A stretch of 63,394 nt of DNA, counting the filler, from Candidatus Eiseniibacteriota bacterium (GTDB lineage: Bacteria > Orphanbacterota > Orphanbacteria > Orphanbacterales > Orphanbacteraceae): assembly GCA_043809585.1 (NCBI GenBank). It is 4 parts of 4 records of this genome, joined end to end, with 100 filler letters (N's around TTAATTAATTAA, not from the genome) between each part and the next. Parts side by side here need not be neighbours in the genome. Positions count along the whole stretch, not along the records: positions 1 to 19,054 come from JBDROZ010000049.1; positions 19,155 to 26,990 come from JBDROZ010000055.1; 2 more parts are not named here. One strand, written 5' to 3'. The notes below the pieces were generated by a model, which worked only from the letters and a program-made list of their open reading frames with translations, had not been told where the DNA came from and did not search any database. The position numbers were made by a program, and so were the translations under genes. Position 1 is the stretch's first letter. Every line of letters begins with the position of its first letter. This document shows positions 10,844 to 20,675 of the stretch, piece by piece.

Positions 10844-11869
10844 TCAGCGCCCTCCTCCCCGCTCCAAATCCTGGGATTTCTTATAGGCGTCGAGGGCTTT
10901 CTCCTGCATGCCCGCCTCCCGGTACGCCTGCCCGAGGGCCCGCCAGTTTCTCGAGTCGCCCGGACGCTCCTTCACCAATTCCTCGCCGATGCGGATCGCC
11001 TGGCCCGTGTCCTTCATCTGAAGGGCCGTCACGACGGAGTTGTAGAAGGCGTCCGCGTAGTTGTCGGAGCCCGGCTCGGCCACCTGGCGGACCATGTCGT
11101 AGTAGCTCAGGGCCTCGGGAAAGTTCCCGGCATCGTAGGCCTTCGTTGCGTTGGCCATCAGGCTCGAAGCATCGCCGTACTTTCGGTAGATCGCGAGCGC
11201 GTCGTCCCGGCGACCGCTCCCCCAATAGAGGTCGGCCAGCTGGTAGTTCAACGTCTCGTCATCCGGCTGGATCTTCGAGAGACGCTCGAAAACGGGGATG
11301 GCCCTCTCTTCGAGCCCGTTGTCGAAGAGGAGTTTGGCGTAGTTGGTCAAAGTCGTGTCGTCGTCGGCCCGGATATCGAGGGCCTCCTCGTACATGCTCG
11401 CCGCCTTGTCCACCTCCCCCACTTGGGCGTAGAGCCGGGCGATGAAGCGATAGCTCGGAATGTGCCGCGGCCGGAGACGGATGGCGTCTTCGATGAGGAC
11501 GGCGGCGTCGGCGTAGGCCCCCCCCTTCTCGAGGTCCTGGCCTCGGGCGGCGAGATCCTGCCAAAAGACATCCACCGTCCGCTCCGTTTCGTCGTCGAAC
11601 TGGTCCGACAGGTCCGTGGCCTTCTGAAATGCGTCCGCCGCCTTCCCGAATTCGCCGAGCTCGCCGTACGACTTGCCCAGGTAGAACCACGCCTCGGCGT
11701 TTTCGGGCTGCTGCGACGTGGCGATCTCCAGCTCGGCGGCCGCCTTGTCCCAGACCTCCTGATTGACGTAGTTCTTCCCGCCCACGAAGTGCGGGTTCGC
11801 CATGCACGCGACGAGGACGAGAAGAAACAGGGACAAAACGACGATCGTGAGCCTTGCGAACGGACTCAT
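10844..11869 (-). CDS. TPR-repeat lipoprotein
   Basis: AAGGAG RBS before ATG 11869; signal peptide with LVAC lipobox; several TPR-like repeats (AEAWFYLGKSYGELGEFGKAADAFQKA). Confidence 0.85.
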   Translation of the reverse strand: MSPFARLTIVVLSLFLLVLVACMANPHFVGGKNYVNQEVWDKAAAELEIATSQQPENAEAWFYLGKSYGELGEFGKAADAFQKATDLSDQFDDETERTVDVFWQDLAARGQDLEKGGAYADAAVLIEDAIRLRPRHIPSYRFIARLYAQVGEVDKAASMYEEALDIRADDDTTLTNYAKLLFDNGLEERAIPVFERLSKIQPDDETLNYQLADLYWGSGRRDDALAIYRKYGDASSLMANATKAYDAGNFPEALSYYDMVRQVAEPGSDNYADAFYNSVVTALQMKDTGQAIRIGEELVKERPGDSRNWRALGQAYREAGMQEKALDAYKKSQDLERGGGR

Positions 11870-11953
11870 GATTACTCCTTGGCCGGGGCCTCGGGCGAGA
11901 AGAGATGAAACCGGGTCGAACGTTCTTGGCACGATTCTCATTAAGCCGCGCAT

Positions 11954-11982
11954 ACCATAAGATTGGGTCCCGGAAGTGTCAA
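11954..11982 (-). promoter_or_regulatory. Sigma70 promoter of the TPR lipoprotein gene
   Basis: Minus strand TTGACA-17 nt-TATGGT. Confidence 0.55.
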
Positions 11983-12228
11983 GGGAAAACGCTTCTTCTC
12001 GGGGGGCCCCGAGAATTCTAAGGGATCGCGGAACTCGCCGCTCAGCCCTGGTCCCCTCGCTCCCGCCGACCGAATTCACGGCCGCAGTTTCTGAAAGATC
12101 AAGGCTAGACATTGCGGGACCTCCGCTCCCTCGGCTACATTCACCGAGGAGGGGCCGGCGGCATCATTCTCCGGCGCGACGCGGCCTCCCGTGACGAGCC
12201 CTTACGGAACTGAGGGGGGATTGGATTC

Positions 12229-14217
12229 TTGGCGAACCGTTCATCGCTCCGAAACTCGCTCGTCGCGGGCGCCGCCGTGGGAGGGCTCTGCGGCGCCGCC
12301 CTTTGGCTCCCCGAATGGCTCTTCCACTTCCGGCGCCACTTCGCGTGGACCGCGGAACCCCTTTTCCGCCCCCTCCTCCTCGGCCTCACCGCGTACGGCT
12401 TCGCCCTCTACTCCGCCGCCGGAGCGGCCGCGGGGCTTCCGGCGGGAGCGATTCTCCGGCCCCTCCGCCGGGGCTACGAGTTCGCGCTCCCCCTCCTTCT
12501 GGGGTTGCCGGTCTTCGCCTTTCATTTCGTCTTCGTGAACAAGAACTGCCTGCCGAAAATCACCTCGCCCGCGTCGATCGCCGGCAACGGCGCATTCGCC
12601 CTCGCCTGCATCCTCTTCGCCGCCCTCCTCACCCTCCTGGTGCGGCGGCACCGCCGGGGGGGGACCGGCGCGCCGGTTCTCGGCCGGATTCTCGCGGGAC
12701 AGATTGCGGCGGCGGCGCTTCTCGCCGCGGGGGCCGCGGCCTGGTGGGGGGCCACCGCACCGGAGAGGAACGGCCCATGGCGGGGGGGCGAAAGGCGCCC
12801 CCCGAACGTGGTGATCTTCCTCCTCGAGACGACCCGGGCGGATCATCTCGGATGCTACGGATACGAGAGGAACACCTCCCCCCACATGGACCGGATCGCC
12901 GGCGAGGGGATGCTCTTCGAGAATTACTACGTCGCGGCCCCCTTCTCCGGCCCGTCGAAGGCGACCCTTCACACGGGGCTCTACCCGCACCACAACGGCG
13001 TCCGGAGCATGCCCCAGAGGATTCTCCGGGGGGCGACGACGTTGGCCGAGGTCTTCCGGGCGAACGGGTACGAGACGGCCGGGTTCGCCTCCGGGGTCTT
13101 CATGGGACCGGAGTTCGACTATCACAAGGGGTTCCGAACCTACGAAGCCCTCGGCACGCCCTACGATCTTCTCCGCTTCCGGACCGCTCTCGGCGGGCTC
13201 GAACTGGTCCTCCACCGGTGGACGCCGTGGTACCTGAGCGACGAGGAGCGGTACGAGAGGGTGGGGGCCGGAAGGGGCGTCTCCCTCGCCCTGGAGTGGA
13301 TCGATCGCGCCGGAGGTGCCCCCTTCTTCTGTCTCTTCGAGCTGAACGAACCCCACTTCACCTACGTGCCGCCTCCCCCCTTCGCGAACCGCTTCGGCGA
13401 CCCCGCCCCCGGTCTCGCGCTGATGGAGGACTACGAAGCGCGGCGGGTCCCGCGGTACGACCTGATCTACGCCATCGAGAGGACGGGCTACACCGAAGCG
13501 GACCTCCGGAGCGCCGTCGACCTGTACGACGGGGAGATCGCCTGGGCGGACGACGCCATCGGCCGATTCCGGCGGGGACTCGAGGAGCGGGGGCTATTCG
13601 ACCGGACGATCGTGGTGGTGACGGCGGACCACGGCGAGAACTTCGGCGATCACGGTACCTGGTTCGAGCACACCTACCTCTACGATTCGTCCCTGCGTGT
13701 GCCGATGATGCTCCGCTACCCGCCGGCGGTCCCGGTCCGGCGGGTGCATTCGACGGCCGCCGAGGTGGACCTCTTCCCGACGCTCCTCGATCTCGCCGGT
13801 CTCCGCTACGACGGGCCCCTGGACGGCGCCGGCATGATGGGAAAAGCGGAACGGGACACGAGCGACCGTCCCGTCTTCGCGGAAGACGACATCTATCGCG
13901 ATCCCCGTCTTGCCGGGTACCCGAGGTACCGGACCTACTTCCCCGGCGTGATCGGGAAGTGGCGCATGATCCGCGAGGGGGATTGGAAGCTGATCTACAT
14001 TCCCGGGCCGGAGGGCCCCGAGTACGAGCTCTACCACCTGCCGGGCGACCCCCGGGAACTTCACGATCTCCACGGCGAGCGGCCGGACGTCGCGGAGCCC
14101 CTTCGCCTCCGTCTCGAAGAGTGGATGGCCGAAGACGAGCGGGGAGACGCCGACGTCCGGGAAGAGCTTCGGGAGGAGATGATCGAACAGCTCCGTTCCC
14201 TCGGCTACATCCAGTGA
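12229..14217 (+). CDS. Membrane-anchored sulfatase/alkaline-phosphatase-superfamily protein
   Basis: N-terminal TM helices, then PNVVIFLLETTRADH, TSP.MD, EPH..Y, YDGEIAWAD, TADHGE, C-terminal QLRSLGYIQ. Confidence 0.85.
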   Translation: MANRSSLRNSLVAGAAVGGLCGAALWLPEWLFHFRRHFAWTAEPLFRPLLLGLTAYGFALYSAAGAAAGLPAGAILRPLRRGYEFALPLLLGLPVFAFHFVFVNKNCLPKITSPASIAGNGAFALACILFAALLTLLVRRHRRGGTGAPVLGRILAGQIAAAALLAAGAAAWWGATAPERNGPWRGGERRPPNVVIFLLETTRADHLGCYGYERNTSPHMDRIAGEGMLFENYYVAAPFSGPSKATLHTGLYPHHNGVRSMPQRILRGATTLAEVFRANGYETAGFASGVFMGPEFDYHKGFRTYEALGTPYDLLRFRTALGGLELVLHRWTPWYLSDEERYERVGAGRGVSLALEWIDRAGGAPFFCLFELNEPHFTYVPPPPFANRFGDPAPGLALMEDYEARRVPRYDLIYAIERTGYTEADLRSAVDLYDGEIAWADDAIGRFRRGLEERGLFDRTIVVVTADHGENFGDHGTWFEHTYLYDSSLRVPMMLRYPPAVPVRRVHSTAAEVDLFPTLLDLAGLRYDGPLDGAGMMGKAERDTSDRPVFAEDDIYRDPRLAGYPRYRTYFPGVIGKWRMIREGDWKLIYIPGPEGPEYELYHLPGDPRELHDLHGERPDVAEPLRLRLEEWMAEDERGDADVREELREEMIEQLRSLGYIQ

Positions 14218-14235
14218 TCCACCGTCGATTCGGAA

Positions 14236-15489
14236 TCAGAGCAGGGCGAGGAGCGCCCCTTGAAGAAGGGCATAGAGGACGAGGACCGTCCGGCCCCGGC
14301 GGCCGTCCCGCCAGAGGACCGTCGCCGCCGCCGCGGCGAGGAGCCAGAGGAACGGGTCCGCGGGTGAGCGGTACCGCTGCCCCGGCAGCGAGACGACGGC
14401 GAGGGCGATCTGGGAGAGGGGGACGAGCTTCACCAGCCAATCGGCCGGCCGGTGCCGCGGCCGGGAGAGGAGGAATCCGGCGAGGGCGAGGGGGAGAAGC
14501 CAACGGTACGGCTGGTTCACGGGGTTCCGGCTGACCGGGTCGAGGGTGATCTTCAGTTTCGACGCGAGGAGCGAGGGGGCGCTCCGTGCAAGCTCCGGCC
14601 CGCGGGCACGGAGATCTTCGTAGAACCAGCGGTCCATCCCGACCTCTCCCATGGACGGCAGGCGCTCGGCCATGATCGCCCACGCTTCGGCCCGCGTGCC
14701 CACCCGATTCCCGATCCAGAAGTTGTGGCCTCCGCTCGTGAGGATCACCGGCCGTCCGAGAAGGGCCGCGTTCCGGATCACCAGGGGACCGGTGACGACC
14801 GCGAGTCCCCCGAGGACGATCGCGGGAACCACGAGACGCTTCCGCCAGGAACCGGGCGAGAGGAGCGGGCCCCCATCGCCGGCGCCGAGGAAGGCGACCG
14901 CCGCGACCACCGCGGCCGCGAGGATTCCGGCGGGGCGGACGAGCGTCGCCAGTCCGAACAGCAGGCCGCCGCCGAGGGCCCGGAGCCGCCGTCCCCTCTC
15001 CTTCGTCATCGCCTCCACCGAGAAGAGGACGCCGAAGACGAGAAGGGGCGTGAAGAGGGCCTCGGACATGATCTGCCTCTCCCAGAGGACCGGCGTCCAG
15101 TAAAGGGCGCCGAACCAGGCGGCGACGAGTCCGGTCGTGTTCCCGTAGAGGCGGCGGCCGATTCCCGCGACGGCGGCCACGACGGCGACTCCGAGGAGGG
15201 CCTGGATCACGAGCACCCCCGCCGTGCCGGTTCTCGTCACGATGCCGAGGGCGAGGAGGATCGGGTAGAGGATGCTGCGGAACGCGCGGAGCTCGAAGCC
15301 GGGGATCCCCCGGTCCACGTACCCGAGACGGCCCCCGTCCACGAGCGTCTTCGCGATCGCCTGGAACGAGAGACTGTCCGGATTGGCGAAGGGGTCGACC
15401 GGGTAGAGGAGTAGGGCGAGACGGACCAGGACCGCCACCGCGAGGGCCGAGCCGAGGAGAAGACGGAAGTCGCGCCCCTTCAGTTCCAT
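14236..15489 (-). CDS. GT-C fold (ArnT/PMT-like) glycosyltransferase
   Basis: Multi-TM; D near N-terminal loop (PDSLSF), R...YP, MSEALF, GLATLVRP, RN..LG. Confidence 0.75.
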   Translation of the reverse strand: MELKGRDFRLLLGSALAVAVLVRLALLLYPVDPFANPDSLSFQAIAKTLVDGGRLGYVDRGIPGFELRAFRSILYPILLALGIVTRTGTAGVLVIQALLGVAVVAAVAGIGRRLYGNTTGLVAAWFGALYWTPVLWERQIMSEALFTPLLVFGVLFSVEAMTKERGRRLRALGGGLLFGLATLVRPAGILAAAVVAAVAFLGAGDGGPLLSPGSWRKRLVVPAIVLGGLAVVTGPLVIRNAALLGRPVILTSGGHNFWIGNRVGTRAEAWAIMAERLPSMGEVGMDRWFYEDLRARGPELARSAPSLLASKLKITLDPVSRNPVNQPYRWLLPLALAGFLLSRPRHRPADWLVKLVPLSQIALAVVSLPGQRYRSPADPFLWLLAAAAATVLWRDGRRGRTVLVLYALLQGALLALL

Positions 15490-15668
15490 GGAGCGTCATT
15501 ATAAGGAGATCGCCCCGCCGGGGGAAGAGGGGAACCCGGGTAGGGCGTGCGTCCCTTGTTCGGAGGGGGCCGGAGGGCCTACACTGGATCTCGAGGGGAG
15601 CATCGTCCCCGATCCCGTGGGCGGCATTCCCCGAGATTCGACCCGACCCCTCTCCGGGAAGGAGACCG

Positions 15669-17297
15669 ATGGAAGGCAGCGCGAGGATTCGGCGTCCGCC
15701 GGCCCGTGACCTCCTGGTCCTGATTCTCGTCGTCCTCCTCGCCGCCGCGATCCGCGGCCGCCTCCTCGACGTTCCCCTCGAACGGGACGAGGGGGAATAC
15801 GCCTACGCCGGCCGCCTGATCCTGGAGGGGGTGCCTCCCTACGTCGGCATCTACAACATGAAACTGCCGGGCATCTACGCCGCCTATGCGGCGACCCTCG
15901 GCCTCTTCGGCGAGTCCGCCCGGGGGATCCACACCGGGCTGCTGGTCGTGAACGCCGCCACGATCTTCGCCCTCTACTTTCTCGCCCGGAAGTTCCTCGG
16001 CAGGGGCGGGGCGCTCGCGGCATCGGCGGTATTCTCTCTCCTCTCGGTGGGCCGCGCCGTCCAAGGGATCTTCGCGAACGCGGAGCACTTCGTGATCCTG
16101 CCCGCCACCCTCGGCCTCCTCCTGGTCCTCGAAGCGACGGAAAGGCGCTCATTCGCCCTTCCCTACGGGGCGGGCCTGCTCCTCGGCCTCGCCTTCCTGA
16201 CGAAGCAGCACGCCGCCGCCTTCCTCCTCCTCGGCGGGACGATTCTCCTCGCGGGGAACCTCCTCCGAAGGGAGGGGCGCGACGGGGCCGCGGGAGAGGG
16301 GGCGCTCTCGCCCCGGCTCTCCTTCGCACTGTTCGCGGCGGGGGCGGCCACTCCCTACGGGATCACCTGCCTCCTCTTCGCGCTCGTCGGGGCCTTCGGG
16401 GATTTCTGGTTCTGGACGGTGACCTACGCCTCCGCCTACGTCTCCCAGGTTCCGATCTCCCGGCTGGCCCCCAACCTCTTCGCCCGGTTCGCCGATCAGG
16501 CGAGGCACGCCCCCGCCCTCTGGATTTTGGTCGCCGGCGGCGGTCTCGCGCTCGCCCTCCGGAGATGGCCGGGGCGGCGTCCCGCGGCTGTCGCGCTCTT
16601 CGCGATCTTCTCCGTCGCCGCCACGGCGCCGGGGCTCTATTTCCGGCCCCATTACTTCATCCTCCTCCTCCCCGCCGCCTCGATTCTCGCGGGGGGGGCG
16701 GTCGAAGCGGCGGGCGCCCTGTCGACGGGCGGCGGGTCCATGGGCCGGCGCGCCGCGCCGGTTCTCCTTCTCCTCGCCCTCGGGCTCTCGGTATACGGAC
16801 AGCGGTCCTACCTCTTCGAGATGACGCCCGACGAGGCGTGCCGGTCCACCTACGGCCTCAATCCGTTCGTCGAATCCGTCGAGATCGCAAGGTACATCGC
16901 GGAGCGGACCGACCGGGACGACAGGATCGCCGTGATCGGATCGGAGCCGCAGATCTGCTTCTACGCGGACCGGCGGAGCGCCACCGGATTCGTGTACACC
17001 TACGCCCTGATGGAGAATCACCGTTACGCCCTCGACATGCAGCGGAAGATGATCGCCGAGATCGAAGCGGCGGCGCCCCGGTACATCGTCTACGTCCGGA
17101 ACCGCCACTCCTGGGACGCCCGGCCCGATTCCCCCACGGCCCTGACCGATTGGTTCGGGGGGTACCGGGACGCCCACTACGACCTCGTCGGTCTCGTCGA
17201 CATGGTCCCCACGACCTCGACGTACCGCTGGGGACCGCCGCTGCCGTGGCCGCCCCGATCGGAATTCTGGATCGGCATCCTCGAGCGGACGAGGTGA
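15669..17297 (+). CDS. GT-C fold (ArnT/PMT-like) glycosyltransferase
   Basis: LERDEGEYAY, KLPG, NAEHF, LAFLTKQ, PHYF; multi-TM. Confidence 0.8.
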   Translation: MEGSARIRRPPARDLLVLILVVLLAAAIRGRLLDVPLERDEGEYAYAGRLILEGVPPYVGIYNMKLPGIYAAYAATLGLFGESARGIHTGLLVVNAATIFALYFLARKFLGRGGALAASAVFSLLSVGRAVQGIFANAEHFVILPATLGLLLVLEATERRSFALPYGAGLLLGLAFLTKQHAAAFLLLGGTILLAGNLLRREGRDGAAGEGALSPRLSFALFAAGAATPYGITCLLFALVGAFGDFWFWTVTYASAYVSQVPISRLAPNLFARFADQARHAPALWILVAGGGLALALRRWPGRRPAAVALFAIFSVAATAPGLYFRPHYFILLLPAASILAGGAVEAAGALSTGGGSMGRRAAPVLLLLALGLSVYGQRSYLFEMTPDEACRSTYGLNPFVESVEIARYIAERTDRDDRIAVIGSEPQICFYADRRSATGFVYTYALMENHRYALDMQRKMIAEIEAAAPRYIVYVRNRHSWDARPDSPTALTDWFGGYRDAHYDLVGLVDMVPTTSTYRWGPPLPWPPRSEFWIGILERTR

Positions 17298-18913
17298 GCG
17301 GGGTGCGGCCCGCGAGGACCGGCGTGATCGTCCTGCTCGCGGCGCTCGTCGGCATCGCCGTCGGCCTCCCGTTCCTGGGAAAGGCGTTCCACATCGACGA
17401 CACCCACATCCTGATGATCGCCCGGCAGATCATCGAGAAACCGCTCGATCCCCTCGGCGCCGACGTCCACTGGATCGACGATCCGGAGCCCCTCTTCCGG
17501 TCGTGGAACCCGCCGGGGCTCGCCTACTATGTGGCCCCGTTCCTCGCCGCCTTCGGTCCCTCGGAGCCCGCGCTGCACGGAGCCATGCTCCTCTTTCTCG
17601 CGATGCTCGGCGCGGCGACGGCGCTGCTCGCCCTCCGATTCGCGGGGGCCGCCGGATGGGCCGTGCCCTTCCTACTGCTCAGCCCGGCGGTCGTGGTCTC
17701 GACGAACGTCATGGCCGACATTCCCGCCCTCGCCCTCACCGCCCTTGGGCTCGCCCTTTTCATCCGGGGAGTGGACGGGGACCGGGCCGCTCCGATTCTC
17801 GCGGGGGGCGTCCTCGTCGGCCTCGCCGCGTTCGTGAAGTACTCGGCGGCGACCATGCTCCCCCTCCTCGCCCTCTACGCGCTCCTTCGAAGGAGCCGGC
17901 GGGGCGCCTTCGCGTTCCTGCCGGTCGCGATCCTCCTCGGTGCGTGGACGGTCCAGAACTTCCACTACTACGGAAACTCGCACATCCTCCATCTCGTCGC
18001 CGACCGAACCGCGGAAGAGGTCGTCCGGCCCTGGCCGGAGAAGCTCTGGAGCGCCCTCGCCGTCGGGGGGGCGTCCCTCTTCCTCCTCCCCGTTCTGCTC
18101 GTGGGGGGCGCGGCGCGGCGGCGCTTCCGGTTTCTCTTCGCCGCGGGAGCTTCCGGGATCGCGACGATCGCGGGGGTCCGGCTCCGTTACGGCGGCGAGT
18201 CCGGATTCCAGTTCCTTTTTTGGGCGGCCACGGGCGCCGCCCTCCTCGTCGCCGCGCTCCTAATCGCCGGCCCGCGGAGCGACCCTCCTCCGGCGGAGCG
18301 AAAGGGGGACGGGGCGTTTCTCGCGGGGTGGTTCCTCCTCCCCTTCCTCTTCGGCGTGTTCCTCGTTCCCTTCCAGGCGGTCCGCCACGGCCTCCCCTGG
18401 CTGCTTCCCCTCGTCATCATCCTCGCCCGGGCGGCCCGCGGCGCGGGGCGCCCCGTGCGTGCCGTCGCCTGCGCGGCCCTTCTCCTCCAGGGGGGAACGG
18501 CTTTTCTCGTCGCCTTCGCCGATCGGGAATATGCGGAGACCTATCGGGACTTCGCCTCGGAGGCGGCGAAGACCCTCGCCATGGGCGGGACCCCGGTCTG
18601 GTTCGCGGGGCACTGGGGGTGGCAGGAGTATGCCCTCCGACAGGGGTTCCGACCGGTCTCCCTCCACGGCCCGCGGCCCTCGGAAGGGGATCTGGTGGTC
18701 ATCCCGAAACTGGCGCACAAGGGGACGCCGCCGGGGGATCTTCTCGCCCGGCTCGAGCGGGTCCTCCGGAGGGAGTACGGCTCCTCCCTCCCGGTCCGTA
18801 CGATGTACGGGCCCGGATTCTACGGGATGACCGGGCCGGCCCCTCCGTACCTCTTCCGCCGGACGAAAGAGCTCGAGACATTCGACGTCTATCGGATGAG
18901 GGGTTCGGGCTAA
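17294..18913 (+). CDS. GT-C fold (ArnT/PMT-like) glycosyltransferase
   Basis: GTG start overlapping the upstream TGA; FHIDD, NPPG..YY, MADIP, AAFVKY; multi-TM. Confidence 0.75.
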   Translation: MSGVRPARTGVIVLLAALVGIAVGLPFLGKAFHIDDTHILMIARQIIEKPLDPLGADVHWIDDPEPLFRSWNPPGLAYYVAPFLAAFGPSEPALHGAMLLFLAMLGAATALLALRFAGAAGWAVPFLLLSPAVVVSTNVMADIPALALTALGLALFIRGVDGDRAAPILAGGVLVGLAAFVKYSAATMLPLLALYALLRRSRRGAFAFLPVAILLGAWTVQNFHYYGNSHILHLVADRTAEEVVRPWPEKLWSALAVGGASLFLLPVLLVGGAARRRFRFLFAAGASGIATIAGVRLRYGGESGFQFLFWAATGAALLVAALLIAGPRSDPPPAERKGDGAFLAGWFLLPFLFGVFLVPFQAVRHGLPWLLPLVIILARAARGAGRPVRAVACAALLLQGGTAFLVAFADREYAETYRDFASEAAKTLAMGGTPVWFAGHWGWQEYALRQGFRPVSLHGPRPSEGDLVVIPKLAHKGTPPGDLLARLERVLRREYGSSLPVRTMYGPGFYGMTGPAPPYLFRRTKELETFDVYRMRGSG

Positions 18914-19054
18914 CCTTGATCCGGCAAAAAATCGCGAGTGAAAACGCGCGAGAGTGCGTCAGATGCTGCAGCGCGGAGCATTCACCAAGCGGAGCATATC
19001 CAACGATATGTGAGCATTGGTGAATGCGAGCACTGCGGCAGATGGCGTGCTATC
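18913..19054. mobile_element. MITE A, one end (truncated by contig end)
   Basis: Starts accttgatccggcaaaaa after CTA; 18947-19054 is the exact reverse complement of 26883-26990. Confidence 0.75.
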
Positions 19055-19154
19055 NNNNNNNNNNNNNNNNNNNNNNNNNNNNNNNNNNNNNNNNNNNNTT
19101 AATTAATTAANNNNNNNNNNNNNNNNNNNNNNNNNNNNNNNNNNNNNNNNNNNN
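19055..19154. other. Artificial contig linker
   Basis: N run-TTAATTAATTAA-N run. Confidence 0.98.
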
Positions 19155-19371
19155 GCGTGGGCGGGGGGGTGAGGACTTTTTGACAAAGCCAGCCGTGATC
19201 CCCTGGCTCCCGCCCACCGAATTCAGGGCCGTTGCTCGTGCAGGATCGAGGATAGCCTCCTCCCCGTTTCGGCTTGCGACGGGCCCCGGAATCGGGGATC
19301 ATGACACCGTCCCCCGACCCGGGATGCCGCGGCCCCCCGCGGGGCGTCACTTCGACCTCAAGGAGAAATCG

Positions 19372-19734
19372 ATGAACCTACTCTGGCTCCTCGCCATGGG
19401 CTCCTCGGGCGGATCCGAATCCTCCCGGGGCTCGGGCCTGTCGATGCTCGTTCTCTTCGGCGGCCTCTTCTTCATCTGGTGGTTCCTCTATCTCGGTCCC
19501 CAGATGAAGCGGCAGAAGCAGAAGCAGCAGATGATGGACGCCCTGAAGAAAGGGGACCGGATCGTGACCCGGGGGGGTCTGATCGGCACGGTACTCGGCG
19601 TGAAGGAGAAGGAGAAGATCGTGGTGCTCCGCCTCGGCGAGAATGTGAAGATCGAGGTGGTCCGCAGCGCCGTCGAGGGAATCCTGAAGGACGAGCCGGA
19701 GGAAGGGAAGGAGAAGGAGAAAGAGAAGAAGTGA
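19372..19734 (+). CDS. yajC: Preprotein translocase subunit YajC
   Basis: AAGGAG RBS; TM helix, PQMKRQK, LKKGDRIVTRGGLIGTV. Confidence 0.92.
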   Translation: MNLLWLLAMGSSGGSESSRGSGLSMLVLFGGLFFIWWFLYLGPQMKRQKQKQQMMDALKKGDRIVTRGGLIGTVLGVKEKEKIVVLRLGENVKIEVVRSAVEGILKDEPEEGKEKEKEKK

Positions 19735-20675
19735 GGGTCCTCTTCGCCGGCACGCCCGCCTTCGCCCTCCCCTCGCTCCGGGCGATCGCGGGGGCGGCGG
19801 GGCACGTCCCGGCGGGTGTCCTCACGATGCCCGACCGCCCCGCGGGCCGGGGCCGCGCCCTCGCGCCGCCGCCGGTCAAGCTCCACGCGATCGAGCTCGG
19901 CCTTCCCGTGCTCCAGCCGAAGAGGCCCTCCTCTCCCGAGTCGCTCGAGGCGATCGCCTCCCTCGCCCCCGACGTGATCGCCGTGGTCGCCTACGGCCGC
20001 ATCCTCAAGAAGGTCTTCCTCGACCTGACTCCTCACGGCTGCCTGAACCTGCACGCCTCGATTCTCCCCGAGTACCGGGGGGCGGCGCCGATCGAGCGGG
20101 CGGTCCAGGAGGGCCGGACCGAAACGGGGGTCACCATCATGAGAATCGACGAGGGGCTCGACACGGGGGACATCCTCCTCGTCCGGAGGACCCCGATCGG
20201 TCCGGAGGAGACGGCGGGGGAACTCTCGGCACGGCTTTCGGAAATCGGCGCGGGGCTCCTCGTGGAGGCCTTGGACCGGATCGAAAGGGGGGATTGCCCC
20301 CGGATCCCTCAGGATCACGACCGGGCGACCCACGCCCCCCCCATCGACAAGGAAGAGGCCCGCATCGACTGGTCCCGCCCCGCCGGCGTGGTGGTGAATC
20401 TCGTGCGCGCCATGAATCCCCGCCCCGTCGCCTTCGCCGACACACCGCGCGGACCGCTCCGGGTCTACCGGGCCCGGGCCGTGGGGAGGGGGGGCGTGGC
20501 GGGTACGGTGCTTGCCGCGGACCCGAAGGGGGGGCTCGTCGTCGCCGCGGGGGAGGGGGCGGTGCGGCTCCTCGAAGTGCAGCTTCCCGGAAAGAAACGG
20601 ATGGAAGACCGGGCTCTTCTTTCGGGGGTCGGGTTCGAGACGGGCGTCCCCCTCGCCGGAGGGGGGGGGTGGTGA
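19731..20675 (+). CDS. fmt: Methionyl-tRNA formyltransferase
   Basis: FAGTPAFA, PDRPAGRG, NLHASILPEYRGAAPI, GLDTGD; GTG overlapping the yajC stop. Confidence 0.95.
   Translation: MRVLFAGTPAFALPSLRAIAGAAGHVPAGVLTMPDRPAGRGRALAPPPVKLHAIELGLPVLQPKRPSSPESLEAIASLAPDVIAVVAYGRILKKVFLDLTPHGCLNLHASILPEYRGAAPIERAVQEGRTETGVTIMRIDEGLDTGDILLVRRTPIGPEETAGELSARLSEIGAGLLVEALDRIERGDCPRIPQDHDRATHAPPIDKEEARIDWSRPAGVVVNLVRAMNPRPVAFADTPRGPLRVYRARAVGRGGVAGTVLAADPKGGLVVAAGEGAVRLLEVQLPGKKRMEDRALLSGVGFETGVPLAGGGGW

Noticed and set aside
11927..11942. TGGCACG sigma54-like site
   Set aside because: No GC at the -12 position, and no nearby downstream start on that strand
19055..19154. TTAATTAATTAA flanked by N runs (also at 26991 and 57450) as a biological repeat
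   Set aside because: Standard six-frame-stop contig linker
20661..20669. G9 tracts at the fmt 3' end and at 24471-24479 as phase-variation switches
   Set aside because: Frames are intact and G runs are common at this GC content
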